From positions 12,152,001-12,216,000 of the forward strand of contig NC_086108.1 in the NCBI RefSeq assembly GCF_963921235.1: a stretch of DNA of 64,000 nucleotides. Reading direction: 5' to 3'. Each line of letters starts with the position of its first letter. Positions within the stretch are counted from its first letter, which is position 1. The notes beneath the pieces were generated by a model. The model had not been told where the DNA came from and did no database searches. It saw only the letters and a program-made list of their open reading frames with translations. Below, piece by piece: positions 38,544 through 50,657 of this stretch. Made by a program: the position numbers and the translations under genes. The DNA comes from Mobula hypostoma (Eukaryota).

Positions 38544-41327
38544 GCCAGGAAAGCACAAGATCCCTGATGCCAGCAATAAGAACAAGGCAGGACTTGGGTG
38601 ATAGGGGTCTTTAATGCTGGATGCCACCTTGAAGGTGGCTCTTTGAAGATGTCCTGGATACTGCGCAGGCTAGTGCCCATGATGGAGCTGACTAAGTTTA
38701 CAACTCTCTGCAGCTTATTTCGATCCTGTGCAGTAGCACACTGGCTAGTGATGCAGTCAGATAGAATCTTCTCCATGGTACATCTGTAGAAATTTGCGAA
38801 TGTCATTCAGGCTTGTCCCAGTCCTGGTGAAGGGTGTCAGCCCAAAATGAGAACTGTTTCTTCATTTCCATTGATGCACTCTGACCTGTTGAGTTCCTCC
38901 CGCATTTTGAGTATGTTAAAGCATATTCAGGCTTTGACATCCTCTTGAGGACCACTGCCCCTACAGCCCTCCCAGAGCTCAAGCCTGCCTATTCTGACCT
39001 CTCTGTTCTCTTTGGTAGCCTTCCTTGCTGTCTATTATGCCCCCTATCTTGGTGTGATCCATAAATCTGCTGACCCAGTTTACCACATTATCATCCAGAT
39101 TGTTGATGATTGTTGAGGAATGTAGAAGATTGAGAGGAGATTTGATAGCGATATACAAAATTATGAGGGGTATAGTTAGGGTAAATGCAACCAGGCTTTT
39201 TCCGCTGAGGTTGGGTGGGACTACAACTAGGGGTCATGGTTTAAGGGGTGAAAGGTGAAAAGTTTAATGGGAACATGAGGCTATACTGCTTCACCAAGAA
39301 GGTCATGAGAATGTGGAACGAGCTGCCAGGTCAAGTGGTGCACAAGAGCTCTACTTCACCTTTTAAGAGAAGTTGGATAGTACATGGAGGTAGGGGTATG
39401 GAGGACTATGGTCCCAGTGCAAGTCGATGGGAGGAGGCAGTTTAAGTGGTTCGGAACATAAATGGACCAACGGGCATGTTTCTGTGCTGTACTTTCCTTG
39501 GACTCTATGGCTGTGGGAAGTGAGCACAGAGACCTCACCAAGCATGACAGTGCAGTAATCAGTGAGTGCAGGACTGACAGAAGAAACTGCTCTTCGATGT
39601 TGATTAAACCAAGACCTCTACTGAGGAGAAAGGGTCCCACAGCAATATCTTCAAAAGATCACGTGGATATCTCCCCTGTGTCGACCAGTGTTTCTCACTT
39701 AAGTAATGTTTCTCAGTGATGTTATCTGATAATTATCACATTGCCCTGGGAGGAATTAGCACATGCAGGCTGCAGACTATAGCTACATTACAGCAATGAC
39801 TGTGATTTGATAATGGTTGCATTGGTTGAAATGTTCCTGGGAAGGTGAGAGGTGACGTGATGGAATGCTCCCCACTTGCCTGGAGCAGTAGGGTTCCAAT
39901 AATGCTCAAGGAACTCAGTGCCATTCAGAAAGTACCCTGTTCGACTGATAGCCCAAACACCACCCTCACATTCATAAACACATCTATCTGTAAGACTTTT
40001 GCATAGTATTGTACAGAGGGAGTGGGTTGAGTACTTAGAGGTGCCTGAAAACAATGGGTTATCTCTGTGCCTAGGTTGTGAGAGGGTCGTCAAAAGGAGG
40101 GGTTTCATTCTGATGAACTCCCGCCAATTAACAGGGGATGTCAGCATCTTTCAGATGTTTTGCATGCTGCTGCCAACTGGAGCTGATGCATTTACCTGCA
40201 TTGTGCTGTAGCTAATAAAAAGCCTGTAATAGTTACATCATGTTCAAACATCCAGCTGACAAGAACACAAAACCGCTGAGTCTATAGAAGAGGAAGTTAA
40301 TCCTAGCCATGCTCTGTGTAGAATTCCTGCTGCAGTAGTGTCAGGAAGGGTGGAAGTGAGTTAGGTAGTGCTGATTGGGGATTCTTTTCAGAGTCTTCCA
40401 TTTGCATTTCCAATTCCAGGCACACCGGCAGAGATGGTCTGCATTGGAAAGTAGTTGGGAAACGGAGAACTGAAGCCAAGGAACTGGCATCTGCTGAACA
40501 CAATGCCTCCCTGCCACCCAGAGAACTGCCCTCTTGTCACAGGCATACAGGAGCAGAGCCTTTATGTTTTTATTTACTGAGAGTTACAGCACAGAAACAG
40601 CCTCTTCGGCCCATCCAGTCAATGCCTAACTATTATTCTGCCTCGTCCCATCAACCTGCACCTGGACCTTAGCTCGTGGACATTCAGCACAGTAAGAGGC
40701 CCTCTGGCCCCAGGAGTCGCACCACCCAATCACACCCATGCGCCCAATTAACCGACAAACCCATGTATCTTTGGAATGTAGGAGGAACTTGGAGCATCTG
40801 GAGGAAACCCATATGGCCACAGGGAACATGTACAAACTCGTTACAGACAGCAGCGGAACTGAACCCAGGTCAAGGGCGCTGTAATAATAATGAGTTTTTG
40901 GGCAATTCATTGAATGAATCATTCTGGAGAGAGGGATCTTTCACAGTTACAAATGAGCCAGGACTGGAGAGGGTGAATTTGGGAAAACCTATTTGGAACT
41001 TCTACCTTGGTCGCCCCAACCCAATCTCCAGCCCCTGAGACCTCTGCTCTCTTCAGGATCGTCTCCGAGTTCAACACCTCCATTTCAGGTGGCTGTGTGC
41101 CTGCTTCTGGATCCTGAGCTCTGGACACCTCAATCTTTCCATCCAACCTATAATCTGTCTCTTTGGCCACCCATCTGGTGTGCTGCCCCAGTGGTTCTGC
41201 CACAGACTTTGCTTGACAAAGTTTCTTGATGAAGACAGGGACTGTTGCCTATTAAAGGAGCTACCCAAATGTAAGTTGCTATTGTTAGATCTTGGGAGAA
41301 GCCCAGTGTCTCTGTGTTGACGATGAA

Positions 41328-41430
41328 ATTCAGTCACGTCACTATGGGCTACAGAGGGGCTCTGACATTTAGTCACATCACTATAGGCTGCAAAGGGGCT
41401 CTGATATTCAGTCACATCACTATGGGCTAT
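41328..41430. repeat. 39-bp tandem repeat, ~2.6 copies
   Basis: ttcagtcacgtcactatgggctacagaggggctctgaca and variants. Confidence 0.85.
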
Positions 41431-42725
41431 ATGCAGGTTGGTTTTCTTCTGAATATTGGTTGAGCAAGCTAGGGCTTTTCTCTTTAGTGCGAAGGAGGAT
41501 GAGAGGTGACTTGACAGAGATGTAGAAGATGGTTGAGGCCTAGATCAAGTAGACAGCCTGAGACTTTTTTCCTGGGGTGGAAAAGGCTAATACCAGGGGG
41601 CATAATTTTAAGGTGATTGGAGGAAAATATGCAGGAAATTTTAGAGGTTTATATTTTACACAGAAAATGATGGTGATAGAGGTAGATAAATCAGGTGCAC
41701 TGAATCAAACCTTGAATTGGTACATGATTGATGGAAGAATGGAGGACCATGTAGAAGAAAAGGAGTAGATTGATCTCAGAGCAGGGTAAAGGGTCAGCAC
41801 AATGTTGAGGGCTGAAGGGCCTGCACTATGCTGTAATGTTTTATTTCTATGTTCTACATTCATAACATAAACCAAAAATGCATGCATACAGTATCATTGT
41901 ATTTCTGTTTAATCTCAGCAATGTTCCCTTACATTTGTACTCCAAACCTCTGTTAAAACAAAGGCCATCTGAATGATTGTAGAACCTGATATTGTCCCTG
42001 ACATCAGACCTGCCTCATGAGACTTGCTCACTCAGCCACCTTAACCTAGTTCACCCATTATCAGCTGAAAGCCAAGGTTGGGTGTCATAGAAGTTCAGAG
42101 GAGCATCTAGGTGTGAGACCAGCATTTACTTATCGCTGGGTACCTTGCAAAACCAGCCTCTGAGAGAAGCATAAATGGATTTCAGACAGCATTTTCACAG
42201 TCTCTAATCCTTTGTCTAAGTGACATTTAATCCAAAAATAGCAGCACTCAGGCGAAGCTTGTCTCTGTTCATTCTGTAAAGTTAATGAACGTCAGCAGAC
42301 AGTGGGCACGGAGTGATAATAGGAGAGGTTTCATCCTCTTGTCCTGGAGTTGGTGGGAATGGGAAGTGTACTGGACGTTTGACAAAGACCCTTGTGCACT
42401 CATCAGCAACAGGTGATGTCCCGGAGGGCCGAAGAGTAGCAAATGTTGTACCTTTATTCTGTAAAGTAAACAAAGCTATTCCAGGTAATTGTTGGCCAGT
42501 GAGCCTTATTTCAGTGGTAGGGAAGCTATGGGAAGAATACTCAGGAATAGGAATTAGAGTCTTAATACAGCACAGAAACAGGCCATTCAGCTCATCTAGT
42601 CCATGCTGTACCATTTAAACTACATACTCCTGTTGACCTGCAGCGGGAGCATAGCCTTTCATATCTCTACCACCCATGTACCGATCAAAAGTTCTGTTAC
42701 TGGAGTTGTCATGTACTTTTCCGTG

Positions 42726-43288
42726 TGTAACAACCTGGGAAAGTTTTCACTGCTAATGTAATTGTTTCTCTGTAGCGCAGTGTTCGGGTTATGACTAGAG
42801 ATAACGGGGACTTTGGAAGGTGCACTGGCCAATGAGGGAAGGTGTTTTCTTTCTTACATGCCTGAGAGAAGGTTTCACAGGCTTTTCTGTTCGGTGAAAG
42901 ATAGAGAGAAAAGATGCCAGAACGGGGAAGTCGTAGACTGCAGGATGGAGTGGACTTGGAAGGGGGTCGGGAATTGACGACCCCAGGGAGAAATCAATGG
43001 AGAGCAAACAGACAGGAAAACACTGAGCTCCAATGTGCACATTAGACTATTTCATGACAATGGGCCCATCTTTCTTTTTGTTTTCTTTACTAACCCTGCA
43101 GTCAAATTAAGAATTATAAACCTCAATTGTTTAATTGCATATTGTGTACTCTTTGTTATTTCATGGTACTGATTTGTAACAGGGGAAAACATCACACAGC
43201 ATCCATCCAAACAAGATTTCTCAAGTTTGGCCTGCCCGGAGGCTGTCTTCCCCGAGATTAACGTCACTAGCTGAACCTGAGAGTTACA
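42726..43288 (+). repeat. 5' LTR (TGTAAC...GTTACA)
   Basis: 6-bp inverted termini; aligns with 53085-53620. Confidence 0.95.
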
Positions 43289-43292
43289 ATTT

Positions 43293-43310
43293 TGGGGGAT
43301 CGTCCGGGAT
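43293..43310 (+). promoter_or_regulatory. Primer-binding site, tRNA-Pro
   Basis: tgggggatcgtccgggat matches the canonical PBS-Pro TGGGGGCTCGTCCGGGAT at 17 of 18 positions, 4 nt after the LTR. Confidence 0.93.
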
Positions 43311-43685
43311 TGATTTTGTTGGATGCTGTGTGATTGCCCTGCGCATTGAAGCAGTAGGTTTTGTGTTTTAAGTCAGTGCTAGTATGAATGCTGCCAGGGT
43401 GGAGTGGTGGTGTTCATCTACAGGGATTACCGGTAACTAATCCATGCATGTTGAGCGGGGTAGATATTCGTACTCCGGAAGAATTGTGAATTCACCTGTT
43501 AAGTACTGCTAGAGTTGTCGACAAAGTTGCGATTTCAGGGTGGAGGTTTGATAAAATGGAAGGTGCAGCCCTCATTTTACTACAGACTAGCGCTGACGTA
43601 GTGGCAGTGGGGCAGTTCGAATTACAGTTGAGTTTCCCATAGCTGGGGGGTGGAGATTTCAAAGGCAGGGTTCTATTGTTTCTGA

Positions 43686-43893
43686 ACACAAAATATTCTG
43701 TGGATGCTGGGGTCAAAGCACCACGCACAACATGCTAGAGGAACTCAGCAGGTCGGGCAGCATCCATGGAAATGTCTACTCAATGTTTCAGGGTAAGACC
43801 AGTCCTGATGAAGGGTCTTGGCCCGAAACATTGACTGTTCGTTTCCACGGATGCTGCCCGACCTGCTGAGTTCCTCCAGCATGTTGTGCATGT
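43686..43893. mobile_element. 208-bp fold-back Penelope-derived mini-element with a 15-bp TSD
   Basis: ttctattgtttctga at 43671-43685 and 43894-43908; long inverted arms. Confidence 0.9.
43800..43837 (+). ncRNA. Minimal type I hammerhead ribozyme motif (best copy in the window; cleavage triplet decayed)
   Basis: cagtc-CTGATGA-a-gggt/cttg/gccc-GAAA-catt-gactg: stem I cagtc/gactg, stem II, and an intact core. Confidence 0.75.
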
Positions 43894-44096
43894 TTCTATT
43901 GTTTCTGAGAAGTGAGGGGTATGAGTGGTCAGATTTGGAATGTCCAATTAGTCCCTATCCCCCAGGGAAGTGTGAGAATTCTGAGTTAGCATCCACCCTT
44001 ACCTCTCTGGTGAATAAATGGAAAAATACCCAGGTCCAAAGTCCCGGTTATGGTAGGCTCTGCCTGTTCTCTGGAATAATGCCTACCCCTAAAGGG

Positions 44097-44320
44097 CACG
44101 TGGCCAAGTGGTTCAGGCATTCGTCTAGTGACCTGAAGGTCGCTAGTTTGAGCCTAGCTGTGGCAGCGTGTTTGTGTCCTTGAGCAAGGCACTTAATCAC
44201 ACATTGCTCTAGTGTCTGTGTGAGGAGTGGCGCCCCACACAGACTTCTAATCTGCACCTTGTAAGGGATGAAAATGCCCAACGCAGGCCTCTCATGGTCT
44301 GAATTGATGTTCCCCCCCCC
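44097..44320 (+). mobile_element. tRNA-derived CORE-SINE inserted in gag
   Basis: Same head and CORE as the copy at 14618. aaaggg at 44091-44096 and 44327-44332; gag reads through when the SINE is removed. Confidence 0.88.
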
Positions 44321-44752
44321 TCCACAAAAGGGAAGGAAGAGTATGAGACTTGGGCGAGAAGTCCTCTCAGTTGTTAGATGAGTGGCAGTGCTCTGATGAC
44401 GTCAAGCGACAGAGATTGGTTGAGGGTTTGAGTTGGGGGGCTGCTGACTTTGTGAGAGCCGTCAGGTCACAGTATCCCCTAGCAAATACGGCCAATTACA
44501 TGAGAACACTAGAAAATGCCTTTGGCATGGCAAGAAGCTCAATGGAGCTCATGCTTCAGGAGAAGGGGGAGACGCTTTCTGCCTACATCTTTTGGCGAGA
44601 GAGGCAGCTGAATTGCTTGCGGTGCAGAAGGGCCATTCAGGCAGCTGAGGTGGATCAGCTAAGAATGGACCAGATAGCAAAGGGTGCCCAGTCCCAGGAC
44701 CTGATCGCATGGGATCTCCAACTGTCCTGTAATACACGTCCCCATCCTTCAT

Positions 44753-47700
44753 TTGTATCGCATCCACCTCCACCACTGTTGCCGGCAGCCCATTCCACAC
44801 ACTCACCTGAACTGTGCCCTTAAGCCATTTCAGCCCTGGGAAAAGGTCTCTGACTAGCCACGAGATCAATGCCTCTCATCATCTTATACACCTCTATCAG
44901 GTCACCTCTCATCCTCCGCTGCTCCAAGGAGAAAAGGCCGAGTTCACTCAACCTATTCTCATAAGGCATGCTCCCCAATCCAGGTAACATCCTTGTAGAT
45001 CTCCCCTGCACCCTTTCTATAGTTTCCACATCCTTCCTGTACCGAAGTGACCAGAAATGAGCACAGTACTCCAAGTGGGGTCTGACCAGGGGCCTATATA
45101 GCTGTAACATTGCCTCTCGAGTCCTAAATTCAATTCCATGATTGATGAAGGCGAATGCACCGTATGCTTTCTTGACCACAAATTCAACCTGCGCAGCAGC
45201 TTTGAGTGTCTTATGGACTCGGACCCCAAGATTCCTCTGATCCTCCACACTACTAAGAGTCTTACCATTACTACTATATCCTGTCATCATATTTGACCTA
45301 CCAAAATGAACCACCTCGCATTTATCTGGGTTGAACTCCATCTGCCACTTCGCAGTCCAGTTTTGCATCCTATCAATATCCCAACATAAACTTTGACAGC
45401 CCTCCACACTATCCACAGTACCCCCAACCTTTGTGTCATCAGCAAACTTACTAACCCATCCCTCCACTTCCTCATCCAAGTCATTTATAAAAATCATGAA
45501 GAGAAGGGGTCCCAGAACAGCTCCCTGAGGCACACCACTGGTCACTGACCTCCATGCAGAATATGACTCGTCTACAATCACTCTACCTTCTGTGAGCAAG
45601 CCAGTTCTGGATCCACAAAGCAAGGTCACTTTGGATCTCATGCCTCCTTACTTTCTCAATATGCTCTGCATGGGTACCTTATCAAATGCCTTGCTGAAAT
45701 CCATATCCACTACATCTACTGCTCTATCTTCATCAATGTGTTTAGTCACATCCTCAAAAAATTCCATCAGTCTCATGAGGCATGACCTGCCTTTGACAAA
45801 ACCATGCTGACTATTTCTAATCATATTATGCCTCGCCACATGTTCATAAGTTCTACCTCTCAGGATCTTCTCCATCAACCTACCAATCACTGAAGTAAGA
45901 CAGATTGGAAGACAGCAAATATCCCGCCACTGTTTTAAAAAGGATGTAGGCAAAAGACGGGCAACTATAGGCCAGTTAGCTTAACATCTGTGGTCGAGAA
46001 AATGCTTGAAGCTGTCATTAAGGAAAAAATTGCGAAACATTTAGAAAGGAGTGGTTTCATTAAACAGACGCAGAATGGATTCAGAAAGGGCAGGTCCTGT
46101 TTGACAACCTTACTGGAGTTCTTTGAGGACATAATGAGTGCAGTGGATAGAGAGGAACAGGTGGATGCTGTATACTTGGATTTCCAGAAGGCATTTGATA
46201 AGGTGTCGCACAAGAGACTTATAAATAAGATACGGATACATGGAGTAGGAGGAAATGTATTGGCATGGATAGTGGATTAGTTAACCAATAGAAGGCAGAG
46301 AGTTGGTATAAATGGGTGTTTCTCCAGTTGGCAGTCAGTGGTGAGTGGGGTGCCACAGGGGTCAGTGCTGGGCCCGCAGCTGTTAACCATTTACACTGAC
46401 GATTTGGAAGACAGGACTGAGTGTAGTGTAGCAAAATTTGCTGATAACACCAAACCGTGTGGAAAAGCAAATTGTACAGAGGATGTGGAGAGTCTGCAGA
46501 GGAATATAGATAGGTTAAGTGAGTGGGCCAAGGTCTGGCAGATGGAATACAATGTTGGTAAATGCAAGATCATCCACTTTGGAAGGAATCATAGAAGAGC
46601 AGATTATTATTTAAATGGTGAAAGATTGCAGCATGCTGTTGTGCAGAGGGACTTGGGAGTGCTTGTTCATGAATCACAAAAAGTTGGCATGCAGGTACAA
46701 CAGGTTATTAAGAAGGCAAACAGAATGTTGGCCTTCATTGCTAGAGGGATTGAATTCAAGAGCAGGGAGGGCATGCTGCAACTATACAGGGTACTGGTGA
46801 GGCCATACCTGGAGTACTGTGTGCAATTCTGGTCTCCATACTTGAGGAAGGATATACTGGCTTTGGAGGCAGTGCAGAGGAGGTTTTGGTTCCAGGGATG
46901 AAGGGGTTAACCTATGAGAAGAGATTGAGTCGCCTGGGACTATGCTCTCTCGAATTCAGAAGAATGAGAGGGGATCTACAGAAACATACAAAATTTTGAA
47001 AGGGATATATAAGATAGAAGTAGGAAAGTTGTTTCCATTGGTAGGTGAGACTAGAACTAGGGACATTGCCTCAAGACTCAGGGGAGAAGATTTAGGGCGG
47101 AGATGAGGAGAAGCAGTTTTTCCCAGAGAGTAGTGAATCTGTGGAATTCTGTGCCCAGGAAAGCAGTTGAGGCTTCCTCACTAAGTATATTTTAGAAACA
47201 GTTAGATAGGTTTTTACATAGTAAGGGAATTAAAGGTTAAGGGGAAAAGGCAGGTAGATGGAGCTGAGTTTATGGACAGATGAGCCATTATCTTATTAAA
47301 TGGCAGGGCAGACTTGATGGGCCAGATGGCTTACTCCTGCTCATAATTTTTATGTTCTTCTGTTCTAATCTCCTGGGCTATCTCTACTCCCTTTCTTGAA
47401 TGAGAGAACAACATCTGCAACCCTCCAATTCTCTGCAACCTCTCCTATCCCCATGGATGATGCAAAGATCATTGCCAGAGTTTCGGCAATCTCCTCCCTC
47501 ACCTCCCACAGTAGTCTGGGGTACATCTCATCCAGTCCCAGAGACTTAGCCAACTTGATGCTTTCCAAAAGTTCCAGCACATCCTCTTTCTTAATGTCTA
47601 TATGCTCAAGATTTTCAATCCGCTGTAAGTCATCCCTACAACTGCCAAGATCCTTTTCCGTAGTAAATACTGAAGCAAAGTATTCATTAAGTATCTCTGT

Positions 47701-48178
47701 TATCTCCTCCAGTTCCATATACATTTTTTACACTGTCACACTTGATTGGTCCTGTTCTCTCACGTCTTATCCTCTTGCTCTTCACATACTTGTAGAATGT
47801 CTTGGGGTTTTCCTTAATCCTGCTCACCAAGGCCTTTTCATGGCCCTTTCTGGCTCTCCTAATTTCATTCTTAAGCTCCTTCCTGCTAGCCTTATAATTT
47901 TCCAGATCTTTATCATTACCCAGTTTTTCGAACCTTTCATAAGCTTTTCTATTCTTCTTGACTAGATTTTTATCAGCCTTTGTACACCATGGTTCCTGTA
48001 CCTTACCATCCTTTCCCTGTTTCATTGGAACATACCTATGCAGAATGCCACACAAATATCCCCTGAACATTTCCCACATTTCTGCCGTACATTTCCCTGA
48101 GGAGATCTGTTCCCAATTTATGCTTCCAAATTCCTGACTGATAGCTTCATATTTTCCCTTACTCCAATTAAATGTTTT
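44753..48178 (-). mobile_element. CR1 ORF2 fragment (44753-45901 plus 47366-48178), same subfamily as 21002-24910
   Basis: ORFs 44820-45641, 45648-45953, 47365-47724 and part of 47687-48472. Confidence 0.92.
45902..47365 (+). mobile_element. 5'-truncated CR1 nested in the minus-strand CR1
   Basis: ORFs 45990-46280 and 46338-46901; 3' hairpin and tatgttct tail at ~47305-47365. Confidence 0.92.
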
Positions 48179-50657
48179 CAGGAGTTTGATGTGGGTTGTT
48201 CCAAGAGCACTCGTCACACCATCCGGGTGACCAAGTACACCCCATTCAGAGAGAGGTCGCGGAGACTGGCCCCTGCAGAAGTGGAAGTCGCTCAGGAGCA
48301 GTTGTGTAAGTCGAAGGAAGCTGGGATCGTCACCAAGTCCCGAAGCCTCTATGCGTCTCCAATAATAGTGGCCAGAAAGAAGAACGGGAAAGTACGCATG
48401 TGTGTGGACTATATGACTTTGACAGGCGTACTGTCCCTGATCAGTATATGCTCCCAAGGATCGAAGACGCACTGGCCTGTCTGAGTGCTGTGAAGTGCTT
48501 CAGTGTGCTTGACTTGAGGAGTGGATAATACCAGATCCCCATGAGTGAGGCTGACAAAGAGAAGACGGCATTTATATGTCCCCTGGGATTCTCCCAGTTC
48601 AAATGGATGCCCCAGAGCATATCGGGAGCCCCTGCAACTTTGCAGCGGGTCATGGAGAAGACGATGGGGGATATGAACTTGCTTGAGGTATTGGTGTATC
48701 TGGATGACATCATAGTCTTTGAGTCCACCTTGGAAGAACATGAAACGAGGCTACTGAAGGTGCTGGGCTGCCTGAAAGTTGAAGGGTTAAAACTTTCCCT
48801 GGACAAGTGCCAGTTCTGCCAAACATCTGTTAGCTATGTTGGACACATAGTCTCACGGAATGGAATAGCTACAGATCCAGCTAAGATAGAGGTGGAGACC
48901 ACCTGGCCAAGGTCCCAGACTGTGAGCGCTCTGCGCTCGTTCCTTGGGTTCTGTGGTTACTATCGGAGGTTCATGAACAGGGCTACACGAAAGTAAGTCA
49001 CCCTTTAAATCAGCTTCTTAGTGGTTTCTCTCCCTTAGGGAAGAAAGGGATTGGGAAAAAGAAGAGGAGGGTAAAGAGTATCTCAGCCCATTGGAGCCCT
49101 TTGGACCAAGGTGGAATGTGAAATGTGAAGAGACTTTTCAGTCGCTGAAGCAGCTGCTGACCCAGGCGCCAGTGCTGGCTTTTGCAGACCCCTGCTTGCT
49201 GTATGTACTGCAAATGGATGCCAGCCGAGAGGGCTTAGGGGAGTCCTGTATCAGGATCAGGGCACCGAGGTGAGACCTGTTGCGATTGTCAGCCAGAATC
49301 TGTCACCCTCGGAGAAAAACTATCTCACACACAAGTTCGAGTTTCTGGCGTTGAAATGGGCGGTGGTAGATAAGCTGAGTGACTACCTCTACGGGGCCAA
49401 GTTTGAGGTGAGGACAGACAACAGTACTCTAACTTATATCCTGACCTCGGTGAAATTGGGTGCCACAGGCCATCGGTGGTTGGCAGTGATGTCTGCCTAT
49501 GATTTCAGCCTGAAGTACCAGGGGCTAGACAGAGGCGAAGAGTGGGAGAGCATTCCTGCCCCGGGGGTAAAGGAGGGGCAGGATTGGGAGGTGGATCAAT
49601 TAGGAGTTTCTGATGACGCCATTCCACAAGTTGTCTGTAGCCTGACTGCTCTGAAGACAAGTCAGTAGCCAGAATTGAGTTCTGGGGAAGTGGCAGCTGC
49701 TCAGCGAGATGACCAGGGCATCGGTACCATTTGGTCAGCGGTTAAAAAGGGAGACCTAGCTCAGGTGGAGAAGACAAAACACGTCGCGGTGCCTTCTTTA
49801 CTGAGAGAATGGCCCCAGTTAGAGTTGCAGAACCAGATCTCATACCGGGTCACCTCACCTCCAGACCGACCTCGGCATTTCCAGCTGGTTCTGCTGGAGA
49901 AGTATCAGAGGATTGTTTTGAAGTCACTTCATGATGATTTTGGACGTCTGGGGGTTGAAAAGATCTATAGATTGCTCAGAGACTGGTTTTACTGTCCCCC
50001 GATGAAATCGGAGGTCAAAGAATACTGCAAGTCATGCATTTGATGCATAAGGCGGAAGATGCTCCCTATGCGGGAAGCTCCTTTGTCCCACTTTCAGAGT
50101 GCGGTGCCCCTGGACCTGGTGTGTATGGATTTCCTGGTAACAGAACCCGATGCCAGCAACACAGCAAATGTCTTAGTCATCATGGACCACTATAGCAGAT
50201 ATGCGCAGGGGCTTTTCCTACCATGAACCAGAGGGCATCTACAGTGGCAAAAGTGTTATGGGAGAAGTACTTCATTTATTATGGCCTTCCCAGGTGAATA
50301 CATAGTGATCAGGGACAGGATTTCGAGAGCAGTCCCATCCATGAGTTACTGGGCATGCTTGGAATCGAGAAGTTGAGGACAACACCCTATCACCCACAGG
50401 GTGATCCCCAGCCCGAGAGGTTTAATTGGACCTTGCTAGACATGCTCAGGACCCTGGAGATCAGCAAGAAGAGCAAGTGAAGTCAGCATATTGGGCATCT
50501 GGTTCACTGTTACAACCGTGCACGAAATGAAGCTACTGGGTACTCGTCATATTATTTGATATTTGGGCGTGAGGCAATGTTGCCCATTGACCTTTGTTTT
50601 GGGACTGACGAGAGTGACTTACCCCCGAAGACTTATCTGAAGCATGTGTCTAACATG

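Larger units (their letters stand above)
43384..44752 (+). pseudogene. gag: PNMA-like Gypsy gag, interrupted twice and truncated at the 3' end
   Basis: RLCLFSGIMPTPKG|KEEYETW...EWQCSDDVKRQRLVEGL...LENAFG...QEKGETLSAYI, a PNMA/Ma-type capsid pattern. Confidence 0.85.

Noticed and set aside
44350..44823. Domesticated PNMA-like host gene
   Set aside because: It lies between an LTR/PBS and pol, is frameshifted and is interrupted by insertions, so it is a dead gag.
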